Shown here one piece after another: positions 30,057 through 35,102 of a stretch of DNA of 35,102 nt; the stretch's first letter is position 1, and the number at the start of each line of letters is the position of its first letter. The stretch is taken from IMG/VR virus record IMGVR_UViG_2541047701_000002; one strand, written 5' to 3'. A model generated the notes under the pieces. The model was not told where the DNA came from and made no database searches. It saw only the letters and a program-made list of their open reading frames with translations. Source of the DNA: a virus. Lineage: Duplodnaviria; Heunggongvirae; Uroviricota; Caudoviricetes. The position numbers and the translations under genes are program-made.

Positions 30057-30952
30057 AAATCCACCCCGTAAATCCAGTCAGTGTTTGTCAGGTCGAGTTT
30101 TGGTTTGCAGGCTGTCACACCTGCCTGTTGCTTGTTACGGTTGATTTCGAGCTGGGTCCACTTGTCGCGGAGTTTGGCCGGGCTCAGCACGTTACCGGAC
30201 CAGAAGTTGTCCTGGCATGCCCAGCGGAACAGTACACACATGTCGCGATGGTTACGTCCGTCACGTTCACGCATCAGGCGGATATCGTTAGCCCACCCTG
30301 CAAAATTCGGTTTTCTGGCTGATGGCGCGATGGTCTTCACCATGTCAAACATCCATTCTGCGGCGGTCAGGTCTTCTGCTGTCCCCCACTTGCTGCCGCT
30401 CTGAATTGCAGCATCCGGTTTCACCACAGAAAGGTCGTTTTCTGGCTGGTCAGAGGATTCGCCAGAATTCTCTGACGAATAATCTTTTCTTTTTTCTTTT
30501 GTAATAGTGTCTTTTGTGTCCCCCTGTTTTGAGGGATAGCAATCCCCCAATTTGAGGGATGTTTTATCCCTCGTTTTAGGGGATTTTCCCTCGTTTTGAG
30601 GGATACACCATTCTGAGATGTTTTTATTTGGTCCAAACATGCCGCCTTGCTGCTTGATAATATTCATTCTGACGAGTTCTAACTTGGCTTCATTGCACCG
30701 TTTGACGGGTAACTTTGTAATCTCGCTAAGTTGAGAATCGGTGATTCTGTCCATTGGTTTATTCCATCCATAGGTTTTACGCAGAATGGCAAGCAGCACT
30801 TTAAACTGTCGCTTGGTCAGATCTGCGCCTGAATAAGCCTCAAGCAGCATATTTGATAGTCTGGCGTAACCATCATCGAGATCTGCCACATTACGCTCCT
30901 GTTTGGCAAAGTTACCTCTGCAGAAGTTGAGTATTTTTGCTGTATTTGTCAT
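30053..30952 (-). CDS. O: Replication initiator protein O
   Basis: 299 aa, near-identical to lambda O; contains ori-lambda iterons. Confidence 0.95.
   Translation of the reverse strand: MTNTAKILNFCRGNFAKQERNVADLDDGYARLSNMLLEAYSGADLTKRQFKVLLAILRKTYGWNKPMDRITDSQLSEITKLPVKRCNEAKLELVRMNIIKQQGGMFGPNKNISEWCIPQNEGKSPKTRDKTSLKLGDCYPSKQGDTKDTITKEKRKDYSSENSGESSDQPENDLSVVKPDAAIQSGSKWGTAEDLTAAEWMFDMVKTIAPSARKPNFAGWANDIRLMRERDGRNHRDMCVLFRWACQDNFWSGNVLSPAKLRDKWTQLEINRNKQQAGVTACKPKLDLTNTDWIYGVDL
30455..30605 (-). repeat. ori: ori-lambda: four ~19-bp iterons plus adjacent AT-rich region inside O
   Basis: Minus strand ATCCCTCAAAACGAGGGA / ATCCCCTAAAACGAGGGA / ACATCCCTCAAATTGGGGGA / TATCCCTCAAAACAGGGGGA, then AAAAGAAAAAAGAAAAGATTATTCG; matches the lambda ori as I recall it. 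Confidence 0.85.
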
Positions 30953-30984
30953 AATGACTCCTGTGGATTGATCCAGTAATGACC

Positions 30985-31281
30985 TCAGAATTCCATCTGG
31001 ATTTGTTCAGAACGCTCGGTTGCCGCCGGGCGTTTTTTATTGGTGAGTCCATCAAGCGCATACTTAAAAGCCCTGCTAATCGGACTGATGTCTGATGCCA
31101 TTCCGAAAGCACACAAGACCGAAGCAATAAATCTCCAGTCCGTTCTGCTTATCTTCGATTCATGACAGCCAATCATCTTTGCCAGACCGCGCTGGGTAAT
31201 AGCTGACAGATTGATAAGTAAATCTGTTTCTGCGCGATCAACGTCACGCTGTGATAGTTTGCTGTAACTTGTTCTTTCCAT
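30985..31281 (-). CDS. cII: Transcriptional activator cII (mosaic: non-lambda N-terminal region, lambda C-terminus)
   Basis: 98 aa; C-terminal TNKKRPAATERSEQIQMEF identical to lambda cII; the N-terminal ~75 aa (MERTSYSKLSQRDVDRAETDLLINLSAITQRGLAKMIGCHESKISRTDWRF) differ from lambda but retain an HTH. Confidence 0.85.
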   Translation of the reverse strand: MERTSYSKLSQRDVDRAETDLLINLSAITQRGLAKMIGCHESKISRTDWRFIASVLCAFGMASDISPISRAFKYALDGLTNKKRPAATERSEQIQMEF

Positions 31282-31366
31282 TTCTTAAGATTTCCAATAG
31301 TGAATAGTTAGTTGAAAGGTATGCGTGGAAACGCATATGGCCTTAGTTGGTCAGATATCTTGGAAC

Positions 31367-31411
31367 TCGCTTTTCAGCGACGTAGGACGAATGTCCGTTG
31401 TTACAAAGAGC
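31367..31411 (-). promoter_or_regulatory. nutR: nutR-like site (boxA plus boxB hairpin) between cro and cII
   Basis: Minus strand CGCTCTTTGTAACAACG (boxA-like) then UCGCUGAAAAGCGA (5-bp stem, GAAA loop), same architecture as the nutL candidate; coordinates approximate. Confidence 0.55.
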
Positions 31412-31422
31412 GGATCCGCTTA

Positions 31423-31638
31423 TTAAGCGGCTTTGTGTTCCGGCGGGAACACGTCATCAAGACTGACTTTTGCGCCTAACTTGTTTAGGCACGCAACAAG
31501 AGCACGGCATGTTTTAAGGTCTGGGAAGCGACGACCAGATTCCCAATGTCCGATAGCTCCCTGTGTGCATCCAACTGCCTTAGCAAGTGTTGTTTGAGAG
31601 ATATTCAGTGACTCTCGATATTTTCGTAGGTTGCTCAT
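31423..31638 (-). CDS. cro: Cro-like repressor (HTH, non-lambda specificity)
   Basis: Start trimmed to MSNLRKYRESLNISQTTLAKAVGCTQGAIGHWESGRRFP (GGAGG RBS); 71 aa HTH protein divergently transcribed from cI. Confidence 0.85.
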   Translation of the reverse strand: MSNLRKYRESLNISQTTLAKAVGCTQGAIGHWESGRRFPDLKTCRALVACLNKLGAKVSLDDVFPPEHKAA

Positions 31639-31754
31639 ATGCCCTCCATAGTAAACACGAATAAAAAATACAATATGTACTTTGCGAATACAAGTAAAAA
31701 TACACATTGTGCATGGATGGTTCCAGTACAGAGCGTAATAATAAGGACATGAAA
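31639..31754. promoter_or_regulatory. Right operator / divergent promoter region (OR, PR, PRM) between cro and cI
   Basis: AT-rich 116-bp divergent intergenic region with three occurrences of the half-site ATACA(A): ATACAATATGTAC, ATACAAGTAAAAATACA, ATACACATTGTGCAT. Confidence 0.6.
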
Positions 31755-32408
31755 ATGAAATGGTATGAACTGGCTAGATCCAGAATGAAAGAGCTCGGCA
31801 TAACTCAAGAGAAGTTAGCCGAAGAGCTAGGTATGACGCAGGGTGGGATTGGACACTGGTTGCGCGGATCTCGTCATCCATCTCTTAGTGATATTGGTGT
31901 GGTGTTTAAATACCTTGGTATTGATAACATATCATTCAACCACGACGGGACATTTTCACCTGTTGGCGAATACTCATCGGCCCCAGTTAAAAAACAATAT
32001 GAGTACCCTGTTTTTTCTCATGTTCAGGCTGGGATGTTCTCTCCAGAACTCAGAACCTTTACCAAAGGCGATGCGGAGAGATTGGTAAGCACAACCAAAA
32101 AAGCCAGTGACTCTGCATTCTGGCTTGAGGTTGAAGGTAACTCAATGACCGCACCAACAGGTTCCAAACCCAGCTTTCCTGACGGGATGTTAATTCTGGT
32201 TGACCCTGAGCAAGCTGTTGAGCCCGGCGATTTCTGCATAGCCAGACTTGGTGGTGATGAATTTACCTTCAAGAAACTGATCAGGGATAGCGGTCAGGTG
32301 TTTCTACAGCCACTAAACCCACAATACCCAATGATCCCATGCAATGAGAGTTGTTCCGTTGTGGGGAAAGTTATCGCCAGCCAATGGCCTGAAGAGACGT
32401 TTGGGTGA
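31755..32408 (+). CDS. cI: CI repressor, chimeric: novel N-terminal HTH domain plus lambda-identical C-terminal LexA/S24-type autocleavage domain
   Basis: C-terminal ~130 aa ([22 protein letters not shown]...GNSMTAPTG...[46 protein letters not shown]) match lambda cI; N-terminal [38 protein letters not shown] differs; start chosen at the second ATG (AAGGA 7 nt upstream); the ATG 6 nt upstream is an alternative. Confidence 0.9.
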   Translation: MKWYELARSRMKELGITQEKLAEELGMTQGGIGHWLRGSRHPSLSDIGVVFKYLGIDNISFNHDGTFSPVGEYSSAPVKKQYEYPVFSHVQAGMFSPELRTFTKGDAERLVSTTKKASDSAFWLEVEGNSMTAPTGSKPSFPDGMLILVDPEQAVEPGDFCIARLGGDEFTFKKLIRDSGQVFLQPLNPQYPMIPCNESCSVVGKVIASQWPEETFG

Positions 32409-32447
32409 TGAAACCACTTTTATCTACAATTTACAGGGCGGTAAACA

Positions 32448-33005
32448 TTGGCAAAAATAGATGATTATCAGCCAAGCCAAGTAGAAGTTGATAAAGTACT
32501 TTATTGTAAAAAAATAGTTAACTTTTCTGGCGTTAAATGGAAACAGAAACCAAGTCGCTCTGATATGTGGCTACAAGCCCATATCATCCCCTTGGATGAG
32601 GATTGTATACCTATACAAGGGCTAAAGTTTGAACTGAAATGGAAACCAGATCAGGATTCAGAACCTGATGACCCGATTTCTTACCCTAAAATAAATATTA
32701 TTGCTTTCTATCATAACAAGAGGGTTTTCGCGGTAGATACCTATCACTTTGACAAACACACGAATAGTTACAAGGTCGATCATCCGAAGTACCAAGATAT
32801 CATTTACGGTGCTCACTACCATGTATACTATGAAGAAGCTGGATACTATAGTGATAGAATAGCGTTTCCAATCGAAGATGACATAAACCCAGATGACCTG
32901 GTAGGGTATTGGAATTACTTCTGTAAACATCTGAACATAACTTACTCTGGGAGAATACCTTTACCGCTTGAAGATGAGTCGGGGCAAATGGGGTTTGGAA
33001 TATGA
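32448..33005 (+). CDS. Hypothetical protein A of a two-gene cassette downstream of cI (rexAB-equivalent position)
   Basis: 185-codon ORF starting 40 nt after the cI stop; apparent TTG start (first in-frame ATG is 39 codons in); AT-rich; acidic, Tyr/His-rich (HYHVYYEEAGYY); no TM segment; no family recognised by eye. Confidence 0.6.
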   Translation: MAKIDDYQPSQVEVDKVLYCKKIVNFSGVKWKQKPSRSDMWLQAHIIPLDEDCIPIQGLKFELKWKPDQDSEPDDPISYPKINIIAFYHNKRVFAVDTYHFDKHTNSYKVDHPKYQDIIYGAHYHVYYEEAGYYSDRIAFPIEDDINPDDLVGYWNYFCKHLNITYSGRIPLPLEDESGQMGFGI

Positions 33006-33754
33006 TGTGCTCAACAGTGATCTCACAACTAGGTTTCGAATGCCATCCAATAGGCAAGACCTTGAGAATTATCAGTCCATTCACTTACTGTGATGATGGA
33101 GAGCATGTCGGTGCCTTTATCCGTGAAGTCAATGGTAGGTATTTAGTTAGTGACAGATGCGATGCCTTAATGAATATGGAGGCAAGAGGGATCTCGCTTA
33201 CCAAAAAACGACTTGATGAGATACGACAATTACTGCTTAAAGAAGGCGCAGAACTCAATGCTCGAGGAGAAATCATTGCTTGGGCAACAGAAAAGGATGT
33301 CGGTGCGATTACATCGAACATAATTAGAGCTGGTATACTCGCATCAACTTTGTCGTTAGACTGGTATCAGCCAGTTCAAGCTGAAAAGTTTGAAAGTATG
33401 GTTATTGATTATCTATATCACACAGAGCTTAGAGACGCACTTTCTCTTCGTGAAAACGTATATGGCTTGAGTGGACATCAAATTACCGTCCCTGTAACAA
33501 TAAAAACCGACATACCTAAATACGTTTTTACATCAAGCGTGAAACACGGAGGAAGCTGGAATAGTGCTTACTCATTGCTTGGGAAACTAATTGATCTTAA
33601 AGCTTCAAGTGAGGAGTATAACAACAGATTTGTTGTTATAGACAGCGAAGCAATTGGTGATCAAATGCAACAACTCTCCTTACTCTTCCATGAATCAAGC
33701 CAAGTTCTACCATTCTCCAAAAGAGAGACTTGGGTTAAGAGACTTGCAGCATAA
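33002..33754 (+). CDS. Hypothetical protein B of the two-gene cassette (translationally coupled to protein A)
   Basis: ATG overlaps the stop of protein A (ATGA); 250 aa; AT-rich codon usage; followed by a terminator; no family recognised by eye. Confidence 0.65.
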   Translation: MMCSTVISQLGFECHPIGKTLRIISPFTYCDDGEHVGAFIREVNGRYLVSDRCDALMNMEARGISLTKKRLDEIRQLLLKEGAELNARGEIIAWATEKDVGAITSNIIRAGILASTLSLDWYQPVQAEKFESMVIDYLYHTELRDALSLRENVYGLSGHQITVPVTIKTDIPKYVFTSSVKHGGSWNSAYSLLGKLIDLKASSEEYNNRFVVIDSEAIGDQMQQLSLLFHESSQVLPFSKRETWVKRLAA

Positions 33755-33757
33755 TAC

Positions 33758-33786
33758 AACCCGGCCTCAGCGCCGGGTTTTCTTTG
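33758..33786 (+). terminator. Rho-independent terminator ending the cI-cassette transcript (timm-like)
   Basis: AACCCGGC ctcagc GCCGGGTT followed by TTCTTTG, 4 nt after the cassette stop codon. Confidence 0.65.
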
Positions 33787-33954
33787 CCTCACGTTCGCCC
33801 ACCTAAAAACACATAACCAATTATATTTATTGAAAAATAAATAGATGCAACCCACTAAACCACGCAATTCTGATCTCTCCTTACATCGCCGAGGCAATAC
33901 ATCCACGCTAAAAAACAACACTATTAAATACAAAGCGTTATAAAAAACCACGCC

Positions 33955-34005
33955 AACTTACAACAAATTGTATTGATCTTGTAAAGTACATATCGTACTA
34001 TTTAA
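33955..34005 (+). promoter_or_regulatory. Candidate PL promoter with OL operators
   Basis: TTGATC (-35), 17-nt spacer, TACTAT (-10); operator-like AGTACATATCGTACT in the spacer and TTACAACAAATTGTATT overlapping the -35; same ATACA/TGTAT half-sites as OR; coordinates approximate. Confidence 0.5.
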
Positions 34006-34046
34006 CCGTCAGCAGGACGCTGGAAGCCAAATGGAACAGACTGGCA

Positions 34047-34092
34047 GGCTCTTTAAACAACGTCGACTCTCGACTACGTGGCTGAAAAGCCA
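34047..34092 (+). promoter_or_regulatory. nutL: nutL-like site (boxA GCTCTTTAAACAA plus boxB hairpin)
   Basis: boxA-like GGCTCTTTAAACAACG followed about 20 nt later by UGGCUGAAAAGCCA (5-bp stem, GAAA loop), about 100 nt upstream of N. Confidence 0.6.
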
Positions 34093-34190
34093 GATCACCC
34101 AACCACATAAGCTGTGGGATGCAATGCCGAAGCAACCGTCTCAGGAGGAGCTTCGAGATTGCATCGCCAAAGTTTATTCGGGAGGAATCC

Positions 34191-34463
34191 ATGTCCAGAA
34201 AAACAGAATTTAAAGGCACCGCAGCTTCTCGCCGTAGAGCTCGTCGCGCAAATCTGCAAAGTCAGGAGGCGATCAGCTCCGACAAGCTACACAGGCCAAC
34301 CCCTTCACGAGTGGTCTTGCAATGCAAGCTCAAACCAGCAATGAGAGCAGAAGTGATAACTCTGACAACGTTGACCAGAAAATATGAAGGTTCAACTTGT
34401 CTTCCGAACGTAGCTCTTTACGCGGCAGGCTACCGGAAATCAAAACAACTGACGGCGAGATGA
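34191..34463 (+). CDS. N: Antiterminator N (P22 gene-24 type, arginine-rich motif)
   Basis: Start trimmed to MSRKTEFKGTAASRRRARRANLQSQEAISSDK (GGAGGAA RBS); C-terminus PNVALYAAGYRKSKQLTAR resembles P22 N; 90 aa. Confidence 0.8.
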   Translation: MSRKTEFKGTAASRRRARRANLQSQEAISSDKLHRPTPSRVVLQCKLKPAMRAEVITLTTLTRKYEGSTCLPNVALYAAGYRKSKQLTAR

Positions 34464-34471
34464 TAAATTCA

Positions 34472-35102
<631 letters not shown>

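Noticed and set aside
30518-30605. Short direct repeats that could be mistaken for a CRISPR-like array
   Set aside because: They are the four ori-lambda iterons inside gene O; no spacer-repeat periodicity and no cas genes.
30912-31127. 71-aa minus-strand ORF overlapping the O start and cII end
   Set aside because: Out-of-frame overlap with two well-supported genes.
31580-31801. 73-aa minus-strand ORF across the OR operator region
   Set aside because: Spans the divergent promoter/operator region and overlaps the cro start and cI start; no support.

Overview
This window is most of a lambda-type (lambdoid) prophage, read here in reverse orientation. All CDS coordinates are taken from the supplied ORF track, with starts trimmed by codon arithmetic; non-coding features were located by eye and are approximate to a few nt. 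No database search or folding was run; family assignments rest on recognisable protein sequence and synteny. From left to right: side tail fiber stf and the start of a downstream gene, then the full lambda tail and head module (J, I, K, L, M, H, G/G-T, V, U, Z, FII, FI, E, D, C/Nu3, B, W, A, Nu1), then a lambda-identical cosN with cosB. Next comes an accessory (moron) cluster (Cys-rich secreted ORF, small ORF, TonB-C-like lipoprotein, bor), a phage-21/DLP12-type lysis cassette (pinholin S21, SAR endolysin, Rz/Rz1), an NmpC/Lc-type porin on the opposite strand, and a QuuD-type Q. The nin region holds ylcG-like, rusA, a ybcO 3' remnant, an unknown ORF, ninE, an N6-adenine methyltransferase and ninB, followed by lambda-type replication genes ren, P and O with ori-lambda iterons. 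The immunity region has cII, nutR, a non-lambda cro, operators and a chimeric cI. The window ends with PL/OL, nutL, a P22-type N, and an IS21-family (IS100-like) element inserted just after N. The most interesting locus is an AT-rich, translationally coupled two-gene cassette (32448-33754) directly downstream of cI in the rexAB-equivalent slot. I recognise neither protein, and I propose it as a candidate lysogen-expressed phage-exclusion or defense module.
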